This document shows, in pieces, positions 16,656-26,812 of a stretch of 64,000 bases of DNA. Every line of letters starts with the position of its first letter. Positions within the stretch are counted from its first letter, which is position 1. The DNA comes from Clostridia bacterium. GTDB taxonomy: Bacteria; Bacillota; Clostridia; Oscillospirales; CAG-272. The notes under the pieces are model-generated. The model was not told where the DNA came from, searched no databases, and saw only the letters and a program-made list of their open reading frames with translations. The translations under genes and the position numbers were made by a program. The stretch spans positions 1,021 through 65,020 of the forward strand of contig JAGATD010000057.1 of NCBI GenBank assembly GCA_017621415.1. Direction: 5' to 3'.

Positions 16656-17804
16656 ATGAAAAAAATTGCTATTCTCGGCGCAACCGGCTCTGTTGGAACA
16701 CAGGCGCAGGATGTAGCCCTGATGAGAGGATACGGGGTCGATTTTTTATCCTCCAACAGTGATGTTAATAATACAGAATCTGCGGCCCGCAGGTTTAAGC
16801 CCCGCTTTGTTGCCATGGCAGACGAGGCTGCTGCCTCAGAGCTAAAAGTGCGCCTTGCTGATACCGATACAAGGGTCCTTTTAGGAAAAGAGGGAATACT
16901 TTACGGTATACAGGAAACCCAGGCTGACACTGTAGTAAATTCAATTCTCGGCGAGGCAGGTCTTTTGCCGACCCTTGAGGTTATAAAGAATAAAAAAAGA
17001 CTGGCTCTTGCCAACAAGGAGTCGCTTGTTATTGCGGGCGATATAGTTATGGCTGAGGCTGAGAGGGAGGGGGTAGAAATACTTCCTGTTGACAGCGAGC
17101 ACTCAGCAATATTCCAGTCGTTAAAATCAGGCAGCCGCTCAGAGATAAAGCGCATACTCCTCACCGCCTCAGGAGGACCCTTTTTCGGCAAAACGAAAGA
17201 GGAGCTGACAAGAGTCAGCTTAGAAGAAACTCTTGCCCACCCCACCTGGAAAATGGGAAAAAAGATAACCGTAGACTCAGCAACCCTTATGAACAAGGGC
17301 TTTGAGCTTATTGAGGCGGTGCATCTTTTCTCGGTAGGGGCTGAAAAAATAGAAATTTTGATACACCGCGAGAGCATACTTCACTCTGCGGTTGAATATG
17401 CTGATAATGCGGTGATAGGCGAAATGTCTGTCCCTGATATGCGCGCATGTGTGCAGTATGCGGTAGATTATCCCGAAAGACGCGATGCGGTAATAGAGCC
17501 GCTTGATTTTACAAGTCTTTCAAGGCTTACCTTTGCAAAACCCGATACCGAGGCATTCCCGCTGCTTACTCTTGCAAGAAGAGCTGCGGCAGATGGCGGT
17601 GCTATGGGGGCTGTGCTTAATGCGGCAGATGAGGAGGCGGTCTCGGCATTCCTTAAGGGCAGGCTTTCATTTGCAGGCATATCAGACGTTGTTATAAGCA
17701 CTTATGAAAAAATGACAGATGCTTCTAAGCTATCATCGCTTTGTGACATTCTCGACGCGGCAAAAGAGGCCCGTCAAATAGCAAAATCATATATCAAGGA
17801 GTAA
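16656..17804 (+). CDS. dxr: 1-deoxy-D-xylulose 5-phosphate reductoisomerase
   Basis: 382 aa. Start moved to MKKIAILGATGSVG (NADPH-binding motif). LANKESLV motif. Confidence 0.94.
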   Translation: MKKIAILGATGSVGTQAQDVALMRGYGVDFLSSNSDVNNTESAARRFKPRFVAMADEAAASELKVRLADTDTRVLLGKEGILYGIQETQADTVVNSILGEAGLLPTLEVIKNKKRLALANKESLVIAGDIVMAEAEREGVEILPVDSEHSAIFQSLKSGSRSEIKRILLTASGGPFFGKTKEELTRVSLEETLAHPTWKMGKKITVDSATLMNKGFELIEAVHLFSVGAEKIEILIHRESILHSAVEYADNAVIGEMSVPDMRACVQYAVDYPERRDAVIEPLDFTSLSRLTFAKPDTEAFPLLTLARRAAADGGAMGAVLNAADEEAVSAFLKGRLSFAGISDVVISTYEKMTDASKLSSLCDILDAAKEARQIAKSYIKE

Positions 17805-17809
17805 CTTTC

Positions 17810-18856
17810 TTGCAAATTCTTTCAACAATTTTTTGGGCTGTTTTGGTCCTTGGATTTCTCATTTTTATCCACGAGTTCGGTCATTTTATATTTGCCCGTA
17901 TTTTTAAGGTGAAAATTAATGAATTCTCTCTGGGAATGGGACCACGACTAGTCTGGTACGATTCCAAAAAAACAGGCATACGCTACAGTCTTGCTATGTT
18001 TCCTCTCGGGGGCTTTGTGGCAATGGAGGGGGAGAGCGATGAAAGCGATGACCCAAATTCCTTTGATAAAAAGCCGGCTTGGCAAAGGCTTATAATTTCG
18101 CTTGCGGGCCCCATTACCAATATTTTTATCGGTTTTGTGGCTATGGTTATTCTCACGGTCTTTATTGACGTGGGCGGAACTACTGTGGATAGATTTTATG
18201 ACAGAAATGAGGGCATAGTTTCCTCTGAGAGCGCAGGCCTTATGTCAGGAGATACCATTCTTTCGGTAAACGGCAGAGGGGTAAAATATCTTGACGACCT
18301 TTCATATGAAATAATGCGCTCGGGCAACGAGCCCTGCGACCTTTTGGTGCTAAGAGATGGCGAGAAAACCGAAATAAAAAATGTTATCTTTCCCACCGCG
18401 ACCGAGAGCGGCCAGGTGTTCGGCGTCAGAGATTTCAGTGTCAATATAGTAGAAAAAAATCCCCTGTTCTTTATAGATTACTCGGTAAGGAAGACCTTCT
18501 TGCTTGTTAAAATGTGCGTTGAATCGCTCTTTGACCTTATTACCGGTCGGTTTTCTGTTGAGGCGGTCTCGGGGCCTGTGGGTATTTCAGAGGCTATCGG
18601 CGAGGCAGCGAGAACAGATATTTTAAATCTTGTTTATCTTGCGGGATTTATAAGTGTAAACCTTGGAATAATGAACCTTTTGCCTATTCCGGCTCTTGAC
18701 GGCGGCAGGTCGCTGGTTCTGATTGCCGAGATAATTACAAAAAAGAGAATTCCGCCTAAAATCGAGAACACGATAAATGCGGTGGCGCTTGTTTTGCTCC
18801 TGGGACTTTCTGTTCTCGTTATGTTTAAGGATATTTTTACAATTATAGGCCGCTGA
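17810..18856 (+). CDS. rseP: RIP metalloprotease RseP (site-2 protease)
   Basis: 348 aa. HEFGH zinc site, central PDZ-like region, NLLPIPALDGG motif. TTG start with AAGGAG upstream. Confidence 0.92.
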   Translation: MQILSTIFWAVLVLGFLIFIHEFGHFIFARIFKVKINEFSLGMGPRLVWYDSKKTGIRYSLAMFPLGGFVAMEGESDESDDPNSFDKKPAWQRLIISLAGPITNIFIGFVAMVILTVFIDVGGTTVDRFYDRNEGIVSSESAGLMSGDTILSVNGRGVKYLDDLSYEIMRSGNEPCDLLVLRDGEKTEIKNVIFPTATESGQVFGVRDFSVNIVEKNPLFFIDYSVRKTFLLVKMCVESLFDLITGRFSVEAVSGPVGISEAIGEAARTDILNLVYLAGFISVNLGIMNLLPIPALDGGRSLVLIAEIITKKRIPPKIENTINAVALVLLLGLSVLVMFKDIFTIIGR

Positions 18857-18881
18857 CCTCGGTGTCAGGGCGGAGAGATTT

Positions 18882-19958
18882 ATGGATTATAATTCATATA
18901 GAAGAAAGACAAACGAAGTGCGTGTCGGAAGCCTCCGTATAGGCGGCATGGCTCTCATAACAGTGCAGTCTATGCTTAATACAGATACCCACGATGTTGA
19001 GAGCTGCTACAGGCAGGCTCTTGCGCTTGAGGAGTGCGGTTGCGATATTTTGCGCCTTACCGCGCCCGATGTGGAGTCTGTGTCGACATTTGCCGAGCTG
19101 AAAAAGAGGGGTATAAAAATGCCCCTTGTGGCTGACATACACTTTAACTATAAAATAGCTCTTGCGGCAATTGAAGCAGGGGCCGATAAGATCAGAATAA
19201 ACCCGGGCAACATCGGCTCTCTTGAAAAAACACGCCTTGTTGCGGAGGCTGCAAAGGAAAGAGATATTCCTATCCGCATAGGAGTAAACTCGGGCTCGGT
19301 TGACGAGACCTTGCTGAAAAAATACGGCGGGCCCTGCGCCGAGGCTTTGGCTGAGAGCGCTATAATGCATGCTGCTATCTTAGAGGAGCTTGATTTTCAT
19401 AAGGTTGTACTGTCAGTCAAGGCATCGGATGTTGAAACAATGATAGAGGCGAACCGCATCCTTGCGGAAAGGACAAGCTATCCCTTGCATCTCGGTGTAA
19501 CCGAGGCCGGGGCAAGGCTCAAGGCTGCAATAAAAAGCAGTGTAGGAATAGGCTCGCTTCTCTCGCAGGGCATAGGTGATACTGTGCGTGTCTCCCTTAC
19601 CGAGGACCCAACGGCAGAAATAGCTGTTGCGAGGGAAATACTTTCTTCACTCGGTCTGTCCGAGAGACAGGGTATGGACATTGTTTCCTGTCCCACCTGC
19701 GGAAGAACAAAAATTAACCTTATTTCACTTGTTGAAGAGTTTGAGGCTAGGGCAAAGGCTGCGGGTCTTGACAAAAAGAATATCAAGGTTGCAATAATGG
19801 GCTGCGTTGTCAACGGACCCGGTGAGGCGAGAGAGGCTGACATCGGTGTTGCGGGCGGTGCGGGACAGGCAATCCTCTTTAAAAAAGGCGAAATAATTAA
19901 AAAGATAAAAGAAGAAGAAATAATTAGCGAGCTCATAAGAGAAATAAAGCTCATATAA
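18882..19958 (+). CDS. ispG: 4-hydroxy-3-methylbut-2-en-1-yl diphosphate synthase
   Basis: 358 aa. TIM-barrel N-terminal domain. Cluster cysteines SCPTCGR and GCVVNGPGE. Confidence 0.94.
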   Translation: MDYNSYRRKTNEVRVGSLRIGGMALITVQSMLNTDTHDVESCYRQALALEECGCDILRLTAPDVESVSTFAELKKRGIKMPLVADIHFNYKIALAAIEAGADKIRINPGNIGSLEKTRLVAEAAKERDIPIRIGVNSGSVDETLLKKYGGPCAEALAESAIMHAAILEELDFHKVVLSVKASDVETMIEANRILAERTSYPLHLGVTEAGARLKAAIKSSVGIGSLLSQGIGDTVRVSLTEDPTAEIAVAREILSSLGLSERQGMDIVSCPTCGRTKINLISLVEEFEARAKAAGLDKKNIKVAIMGCVVNGPGEAREADIGVAGGAGQAILFKKGEIIKKIKEEEIISELIREIKLI

Positions 19959-19982
19959 CAAAACAAAGAAAAAAGGTGTCTT

Positions 19983-22900
19983 ATGTCGGCGGAAAAGAAA
20001 TTTTTTGATGTATTTTCAAGATATACTCCCTCAGAAGAAAAGAGGGAGCTGCTTTTGCGCGCGCATTCGGCACGCTTCAGATATACAAAGGAGCCGTTCA
20101 GGTTTGAGGTGGACCTTTCCTTTGACTCTCACGAGGATGCAGAGCTTATTTATGAAATAGAAGACGAGTGCCGCGCTCTTTATAATGCCGAGTCCTTTAA
20201 GATTTTACCTCATTTTCCTCCGTCGGCATTTGACGACAGATATTTTGACGAGGTAGCCTATGAGGCGGCATATTGCGGTGCTGTTACTCACGGCTTTTTC
20301 AGCGGAGCTACATACCGAGACGACGGTGAAACGGTTACGATAGCAATTCCCTTTGAGCAAAACGGAATAGATTTTGTACGAAGCGCAAATACCGAAGATA
20401 TTTTCGCAAACATTCTGAAAAGCAGATATGACATAACCCGTACGGTAAGAGTTGTAGAGGGTGCGGGAGCAGAAGCGAGACACGAGGAGTGGGAGCGTAA
20501 AAGAGTTGATATAATGAAAAGGGCGGAGGAGGAGAGCCGCGAGCAAATGATACGTGAGCGCGGAGAGCTTGCCCGCCGCAGAGAAGAGGAAGCCAGAGCC
20601 AATGACCCAACATATGACTTTGAGGCTAAGGCGGGTATATCTCAGGCAACAGGCACACTGGACATTATCAGCGATACCACCTACCGCATTGGCGCAACAA
20701 CCTATAAGTTCGATGAGTCTGAGCTTATCTTTGGCGAGGATTTTGACGTTTTAGAGCCGACCCCTCTTGCTGACGCTCCTAAGACCCACGGCAGACAAAT
20801 CTTTCTCGGAACAGCCTTTGAGGTAACAACAAAGGAAACAAGAGCAGGTGACAAAACCAACTGTATGATAGGTATTTCAGACGGTGCATCTGCTATTTAT
20901 GTAAAGAAAACTTTGAAAAATGAGGAGCTCGGCTGGGTAAATGACCTTGCAGGCGCTGTTAAAAAGGGTAAGAAAAAGTTAACACAGCTTGCGGTTCTCG
21001 GCAGAGTTCAGCTAGATAAATTTGATAACGAGCCCTTCCTTTCTCCTTTCGGAATTAAGAGAATAAAGATCGAAGAGAGAAAGGATCTGGCAGAAGAGAA
21101 GCGAGTAGAGCTTCACCTGCATACAAATATGTCACAGATGGATGCTGTGATAACCCCTGCCGAGCTTGTTGATACTGCTGTGCGCTGGGGTCATAAGGCT
21201 ATTGCGGTGACCGACCACGGAAACGTGCAGGCATTCCCTGAGGTTATGCTTGCTCTTGAGGGCTCGGGCGCCGACCTTAAGGTGCTTTACGGAACCGAGG
21301 CTTATTATGTAAACGATACGGCAAAGTGCATTTTCGGTAACAACTATCCCGCGTTTAGCGAGGAAATGGTAGTCTTTGATATCGAGACCACAGGTCTTTC
21401 AAACCGCACCTGCAAGATAATTGAAATAGGCGCGGCAAAGATACGGGGAGGCGAGGTTGTAGAGACCTTTGATGTTTTTGTTGACCCCGAGTGCCCTATC
21501 CCCGAGGAGATTACAAAGCTTACATCTATCACGGATGATGACGTTAAAGGCGCGCCAAAGGAGAGGGAGGCAATCGAAAGATTTCTTGAATTTGCGGGGG
21601 ACAGGCTTCTTATCGCCCATAACGCAAACTTCGACATTGGATTTATCCGTGTTGCTGCCGACAGGTGCGGTCTGCCCTTTAACAACAGCTATCTTGATAC
21701 CCTGGGACTTTCAAAATTCGTTAACCCCGAGCTTAAAAACCATAAACTTGACACAATAGTAAACCACTATAAATTAGGCGATTTCCACCACCACAGAGCA
21801 TCAGACGATGCCGAAATTACCGCCAGAGTATTTATTGAAATGCTATCCCGTCTTACAAAAGAGGGAATTACCGACTTTGACGGTGTAAATGCGGCTATGG
21901 GTGAGGTGGTTGATCCCCTTAAGCTCAGCGCGTATCACCTTATAATATTTGCGAAAAACAAGGTAGGACTTAAAAACCTATATAAGCTTATCTCCTATAG
22001 CTACCTTAATTATTACGGTGGCTTCGGCAGGCAGAAAAAGGTGCCCAGAATGCCAAAATCGGTAATAGAGGAGCACAGAGAGGGGCTAATAATAGGCTCC
22101 GCCTGTGTTTCGGGTGAGCTTTATAACGCTGTTCTTGACGGCAAAAAGGAAGAGGAGCTCGAGGAGCTTGTCGCCTTTTACGATTATCTTGAAATTCAGC
22201 CGATTTGCAATAACCGCTTCCTTGTGGCTGAGGGCAAGGTTGCCGATGACGATGCTTTAAGAGAAATTAACAGAAAAATATATCTCCTTGGCAAAAAGCT
22301 AGGAAAGCCTGTCTGCGCCACCTGTGATGCTCACTTTGTAAACAAAGAGGACGAAATTTACAGGCGAATTCTCCTTGCGGGAATGAAATTTAAGGATGCT
22401 GATAAAGACGAGCCTATCTATCTTCGTACAACAGATGAGATGCTTGAGGAGTTCTCATACCTTGGCGAAGAGGCATGCCGCGAGGTAGTAATTACTAACC
22501 CCGGCAAGATTGCCGATATGTGCGAAAAAATCAGGCCTATTCCCGAGGGCAGATACGAGCCCGACCTGCCGGGAGCTAAGGAGGAGCTTGAAAGCTCCTG
22601 TTGGAAGCGCGCCCATGACTGGTACGGCGATACATTACCCGAGGTTGTTGAAAAAAGGCTTGAAAAGGAGCTTACATCCATTATTAAAAACGGCTTTGCC
22701 GTGCTCTATATGATAGCCGTAAAGCTGGTTGCCTATTCCGAAAGCCTCGGCTACCAGGTAGGCTCACGAGGCTCGGTTGGCTCGTCATTTGTCGCGACAA
22801 TGTCGGGTATATCCGAGGTTAACCCTCTGCCCCCTCATTACAGGTGTCTCAAGTGCCGTTATTCCGAGTTCTTCCTTGACGGCTCGGTAGGCTCCGGCTT

Positions 22901-24428
22901 TGACCTGCCGGATAAAAAATGTCCCGTCTGCGGTGAAATGCTTTACCAAGACGGTCACGATATTCCCTTTGAGACCTTCCTCGGCTTCCACGGTGATAAA
23001 TCCCCCGATATTGACCTTAACTTCTCGGGCGACGTGCAGGGTAAGGTACATAAGTACACCGAGGAGCTCTTCGGTGAGGGACAGGTGTTCCGTGCGGGAA
23101 CTATAACAGGACTTGCTGACAAGACCGCATGGGGATATATCGCAAAATACCTGGAAGAGCGTAAAATAAAGATACCCAAAGCCCAAATAGGCTATATGGT
23201 AACCAAAATAATGGGTATAAAGAAGACCACAGGTCAGCACCCGGGCGGTATTATAGTTGTGCCTAAGGAGTATGATATTTATGATTTTACTCCTATCCAG
23301 CACCCTGCCGATGACCCTAATGCCGATACGGTAACTACCCACTTCCAGTTCTCCTATCTCCACGATACAATTCTGAAGCTCGATGAGCTTGGGCACGATA
23401 TTCCAACCAAGTATAAGATGCTTGAGAAGTACACGAACACCTCTGTTCTTGACGTTAAAATGAACGACAAGACAATTTATGAGCTCTTTGTGTCAACAAA
23501 GCCCCTGGGAATTACCCCTGCGGATATTGGCGGCGCTCAGCTCGCAACATTCGGTATTCCCGAATTTGGCACAAGATTCCTCCAGCAGGTTCTTCTTGAC
23601 GCAAAGCCAAAGAACTTTGCCGACCTGCTTCAGATTTCGGGCCTAACCCACGGTACAGGCTGTTGGCTTGGTAATGCCGACGAGCTTATAAAGGCGGGAA
23701 TTTGTGACATTTCGGGCGTTATCGGCTGTCGAGACGATATAATGAACGCGCTTATCCGTTACGGTCTTGAAAACTCGGTTGCCTTTAAGATTATGGAAAG
23801 CGTGCGTAAGGGTAAAGGACTTACCGACGAGTGGAAAGAAATAATGAGGGCAAACAACGTGCCCGAGTGGTATATTGACTCCTGTCTTAAGATAAAATAC
23901 ATGTTCCCGAAAGCCCATGCCGCAGCTTACGTTATGTCGGCAATACGATTGGTCTGGTACAAGATTTATTACCCCATGGAGTTCTATGCCGCATTTCTTA
24001 CAGTTGCCCCCGGAGGCTTTGATGCCGAAATTGTGGGCGGCGGACTTGATAATGTTGAAAATACTATAAAGGAAATTGAAGCCAAGGGAATGGAGGCATC
24101 GGCAAAGGAGAATGAAACCTGCCAGACCCTCTATATGGTAAGAGAGGCGATGTCAAGAGGAGTAAAATTCCTTAACGTTGATTTAAAGAAGTCTGATGCA
24201 TCGGCATTCCTGCCCGAAAACGGAAAGATAAGAATGCCCTTTAACTCGCTCCCGGGACTTGGCGACACCGCCGCCGAGAAGATTATCGATGCAAGAAATT
24301 CAATTGATATCTATTCAATAGAGGAGCTTCGAGAGCATACCGGAATTTCTAAAGCAGTTATTGAAATTCTCCGCCGTAACCACGTGCTCGACGGTCTCTC
24401 CGAAACCAATCAGTTCTCTATGTTCTGA
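19983..24428 (+). CDS. polC: DNA polymerase III PolC-type (alpha subunit with 3'-5' exonuclease)
   Basis: 1481 aa. PHP motif ELHLHTNMSQMDA. Exonuclease motifs VVFDIETTGL, HNANFDIGF and HRASDDA. Zinc finger CLKC..CPVCG. Polymerase core follows. Confidence 0.97.
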   Translation: MSAEKKFFDVFSRYTPSEEKRELLLRAHSARFRYTKEPFRFEVDLSFDSHEDAELIYEIEDECRALYNAESFKILPHFPPSAFDDRYFDEVAYEAAYCGAVTHGFFSGATYRDDGETVTIAIPFEQNGIDFVRSANTEDIFANILKSRYDITRTVRVVEGAGAEARHEEWERKRVDIMKRAEEESREQMIRERGELARRREEEARANDPTYDFEAKAGISQATGTLDIISDTTYRIGATTYKFDESELIFGEDFDVLEPTPLADAPKTHGRQIFLGTAFEVTTKETRAGDKTNCMIGISDGASAIYVKKTLKNEELGWVNDLAGAVKKGKKKLTQLAVLGRVQLDKFDNEPFLSPFGIKRIKIEERKDLAEEKRVELHLHTNMSQMDAVITPAELVDTAVRWGHKAIAVTDHGNVQAFPEVMLALEGSGADLKVLYGTEAYYVNDTAKCIFGNNYPAFSEEMVVFDIETTGLSNRTCKIIEIGAAKIRGGEVVETFDVFVDPECPIPEEITKLTSITDDDVKGAPKEREAIERFLEFAGDRLLIAHNANFDIGFIRVAADRCGLPFNNSYLDTLGLSKFVNPELKNHKLDTIVNHYKLGDFHHHRASDDAEITARVFIEMLSRLTKEGITDFDGVNAAMGEVVDPLKLSAYHLIIFAKNKVGLKNLYKLISYSYLNYYGGFGRQKKVPRMPKSVIEEHREGLIIGSACVSGELYNAVLDGKKEEELEELVAFYDYLEIQPICNNRFLVAEGKVADDDALREINRKIYLLGKKLGKPVCATCDAHFVNKEDEIYRRILLAGMKFKDADKDEPIYLRTTDEMLEEFSYLGEEACREVVITNPGKIADMCEKIRPIPEGRYEPDLPGAKEELESSCWKRAHDWYGDTLPEVVEKRLEKELTSIIKNGFAVLYMIAVKLVAYSESLGYQVGSRGSVGSSFVATMSGISEVNPLPPHYRCLKCRYSEFFLDGSVGSGFDLPDKKCPVCGEMLYQDGHDIPFETFLGFHGDKSPDIDLNFSGDVQGKVHKYTEELFGEGQVFRAGTITGLADKTAWGYIAKYLEERKIKIPKAQIGYMVTKIMGIKKTTGQHPGGIIVVPKEYDIYDFTPIQHPADDPNADTVTTHFQFSYLHDTILKLDELGHDIPTKYKMLEKYTNTSVLDVKMNDKTIYELFVSTKPLGITPADIGGAQLATFGIPEFGTRFLQQVLLDAKPKNFADLLQISGLTHGTGCWLGNADELIKAGICDISGVIGCRDDIMNALIRYGLENSVAFKIMESVRKGKGLTDEWKEIMRANNVPEWYIDSCLKIKYMFPKAHAAAYVMSAIRLVWYKIYYPMEFYAAFLTVAPGGFDAEIVGGGLDNVENTIKEIEAKGMEASAKENETCQTLYMVREAMSRGVKFLNVDLKKSDASAFLPENGKIRMPFNSLPGLGDTAAEKIIDARNSIDIYSIEELREHTGISKAVIEILRRNHVLDGLSETNQFSMF

Positions 24429-24530
24429 CCCATCACAACATAACCTCCTAATGTTTGCGACCGGGGTTCCCCGAAACGAGCAATGTTAGTTTTAGGGGTG
24501 CGACAGAGCAAACGCATAACTCAAAACTTT

Positions 24531-24576
24531 GAAAAAGAGGCTAGCTCAAACACAAATTACCGCATTTGAGCTAGCC
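24531..24576 (-). terminator. Terminator of the minus-strand small-protein operon
   Basis: Perfect 12-bp stem GGCTAGCTCAAA/TTTGAGCTAGCC (24539-24550/24565-24576). The minus strand continues CTCTTTTTC. Confidence 0.7.
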
Positions 24577-24588
24577 CCTATCTATATG

Positions 24589-24966
24589 TTATTTCACAAA
24601 CAGTAAAAGTATAAGCAGTATAGCGCATTCGCTGTCTCCGTCTTTGGAGAAAAAGAGAAATGCGGCAACCGCTATTATAAGTATTTCTTCAATTCCGATA
24701 TTAGAAAAGAGTCCGCTAAGCGTGCCTCCTGAGCCCGAGCTTCCAAAGAGGCCTGACAGTATCGGCAGGTTGAATAGCCCTGTGGGCTCTGCTTTTTTTG
24801 AATTTTCTATTACGTCATCCGAGGCGGCGCTTACGCTTTCTTCCGTGACCGGTAGAGGCTCGGGTGTCGGAGCTTCGAATACAGGCGCAGGCTCCGAAAA
24901 TGCGGTGCCGTTATAGTTTTCCGGCGGTGCGCTGATTTCAGTGGGGTAAAAGCTTCTTGAATACAT
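24589..24966 (-). CDS. Hypothetical small membrane-anchored protein (125 aa)
   Basis: GAGG RBS 7 nt before the ATG. Pro-rich N-terminal half, Gly/Ser-rich middle (GLFGSSGSGGTLSGLF), C-terminal hydrophobic region ILIIAVAAFLFF..AILLILLLFV. Confidence 0.6.
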   Translation of the reverse strand: MYSRSFYPTEISAPPENYNGTAFSEPAPVFEAPTPEPLPVTEESVSAASDDVIENSKKAEPTGLFNLPILSGLFGSSGSGGTLSGLFSNIGIEEILIIAVAAFLFFSKDGDSECAILLILLLFVK

Positions 24967-24970
24967 TCTG

Positions 24971-25288
24971 CTACCTCGCTTTCATCATATCCAGAATTTC
25001 CGCTACCGAAATCATAGAGTCAATAGCCTTTGCCCTCTCTGCCGAAACATAGGGCTTAAGCGCTCCCAGAAGCTGGGCTCTTTTTGCCCTTGCGGGAGCT
25101 TCTGTTCTTACGGTTGGCGGCGGTGTGGGCGCTTCTGTCATTTCAACTGAGGTCGGTGATGGCTGGGCTGCGGCTTCAGAGGCGGTGTTTTCCGAGTCCG
25201 AGCTTGCAAGCCTTGATATTTCCTCAACAAGGCTCGGGTTTTCCATAATAAGCTGAATAATTCTGCCGATGTCTGGTGTTTCTTTCAA
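24971..25288 (-). CDS. Hypothetical small protein (105 aa)
   Basis: TTG start directly after the upstream TAA stop, with a GGGGG RBS 8 nt upstream. Helical ends flank a Pro/Thr/Ala-rich linker. C-terminal LLGALKPYVSAERAKAIDSMISVAEILDMM. Confidence 0.55.
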   Translation of the reverse strand: MKETPDIGRIIQLIMENPSLVEEISRLASSDSENTASEAAAQPSPTSVEMTEAPTPPPTVRTEAPARAKRAQLLGALKPYVSAERAKAIDSMISVAEILDMMKAR

Positions 25289-25510
25289 TTACTTTGCCCC
25301 CTTTTTGTATTTGTTGATAAGATACATTGCCTCGGGCATAGAAATTTTGCCTCCCAGGGCAATCTGCCTCAGCTTTTCAAGCTCAGCGTGGCTCGGTGTC
25401 TTTTCCGGCAGGGTGAGCCCGTAGGTTTTTGCGATAGACTGTACCTTTGCCCACAGCTGGTCGTCGGGCAGGGCTGCGAGAGCCTCAATTTCTTCGCGTG
25501 AAAATTTCAT
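25289..25510 (-). CDS. Hypothetical small protein (73 aa)
   Basis: Start placed at ATG 25510 (MKFSREEIEAL). Predicted helical, with a Lys-rich C-terminus. First gene of a three-gene coupled set. Confidence 0.55.
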   Translation of the reverse strand: MKFSREEIEALAALPDDQLWAKVQSIAKTYGLTLPEKTPSHAELEKLRQIALGGKISMPEAMYLINKYKKGAK

Positions 25511-25583
25511 ATATAAATTCCCCCTTGTTATTTCCTCGCTACAATATATGCGAAGCAAGAAAAAATGTTATAAGGAGAAAAAA

Positions 25584-26093
25584 ATGACCTGTCTTTGCTT
25601 TTCCGACTCCCACGGAGTAACAAGATATATTAAGGAAGCCTTAAACCGCCACAGGGATGCTGAGGCTGTGTTCTTTCTTGGCGACGGACTTTCGGATATA
25701 GAGACGTTTGTAAATGCCGATATAGGAAAGCGCGCCTGGTTTTTTGTCAGAGGGAACTGTGACTTTTACGGCAGTGTAAACGGCATAGAGGCAAGAAAGC
25801 TTGAAGTTATCACTCTTGAGGGACAAAGAATTGCCTTTACTCACGGAGACCTCTACGGTGTTAAGTACGGCTTTGACGGAGTGGTAAGGCTTGCCGAAAA
25901 TTCCTCAGCCGATATTGTTCTTTTCGGTCATACACATTTCGCTACGGAAAAATACGTTCCTTTACTGCTATCCGACAGAGGCGTAAACCTCTTTAATCCC
26001 GGCACGGTGGGCGGTATCGGAGCAGAGCCAACCTACGGAGTTTTAACTCTTTCGCCAAAGGGCGCTTTGTTTTCTGTTATGAATTTTAAGTAA
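25584..26093 (+). CDS. YfcE/MJ0936-family metallophosphoesterase
   Basis: 169 aa. Motifs FSDSHG, LGDG, GNCD, THGD and GHTH. AAGGAG RBS before ATG 25584. Confidence 0.88.
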   Translation: MTCLCFSDSHGVTRYIKEALNRHRDAEAVFFLGDGLSDIETFVNADIGKRAWFFVRGNCDFYGSVNGIEARKLEVITLEGQRIAFTHGDLYGVKYGFDGVVRLAENSSADIVLFGHTHFATEKYVPLLLSDRGVNLFNPGTVGGIGAEPTYGVLTLSPKGALFSVMNFK

Positions 26094-26191
26094 AAATGTA
26101 ACCAAATTGTAACTTGATAGTATTTTTTGTTGCGGATTTGCTAATTTTGTGGTAAAATAGTATCAATATGCATATAAAGGGGGTGTTTTTA

Positions 26192-26812
26192 TTGGAGCTT
26201 CGGGAAATTGTTGCGAAAAACATATCTGAGCTTCGTACTGCTAATAAAATGACCCAAATATACCTTGCAGAGCGCCTTAATTATTCGGATAAGGCGGTGT
26301 CAAAATGGGAGCGAGCCGAGGCGATACCCGATGTAACCGTGCTTAAGGAGATAGCCGACATATTTTCGGTTTCGGTAGATTATCTTCTTGAGGCAGAGCA
26401 CAACGCTCCCCCTGTAACAACCGCAAAGGCGGAACGCATACATAAGGCAAATCAGAGCCTTTTTACTGCATTTTCTATTGTTGAGGTTTGGTTTATTGCC
26501 GCCGCTATATTCGCTATGCTTATGTTTCGCGGTATTGATACATTTCCGGCATGGCTTGTGTTTATTTACGCAATTCCCGCAGGGGCTGCCACAATGGGAG
26601 GCTTTAATCTCTTTTGGCAAAAAAGCATACTGATAGGCGCTGCCTCTCTTTCGGTTATAGGCTGGGGAATTATCCTTTCTATATATCTTTCAATGCTTTT
26701 ACTCACAGGGCTTAATCTTTGGGCTCTCTTTATCGTTGGCGCTCCGATGCAAGCGATAATTGTACTGTTTTCGGTTCTTATCTATCTTAAAAAGAAGGGA
26801 GCTAAAAAATAA
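26192..26812 (+). CDS. Membrane-anchored XRE-family HTH transcriptional regulator
   Basis: HTH segment NKMTQIYLAERLNYSDKAVSKWERAEAIPD followed by 4 TM segments. An in-frame TTG at 26192 has an AAGGGGGTG RBS. The track's ATG at 26168 has none and sits about 10 nt after a TGgTAAAAT -10 element. Confidence 0.75.
   Translation: MELREIVAKNISELRTANKMTQIYLAERLNYSDKAVSKWERAEAIPDVTVLKEIADIFSVSVDYLLEAEHNAPPVTTAKAERIHKANQSLFTAFSIVEVWFIAAAIFAMLMFRGIDTFPAWLVFIYAIPAGAATMGGFNLFWQKSILIGAASLSVIGWGIILSIYLSMLLLTGLNLWALFIVGAPMQAIIVLFSVLIYLKKKGAKK

Noticed and set aside
24429-24530. Possible structured RNA or terminator downstream of polC (GTTTGCGACCGGGGTTCCCCGAAAC).
   Set aside because: The stem is short and imperfect with a minimal loop and no U-tract. 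I could not match it to any RNA family, and it is likely just 3' UTR.
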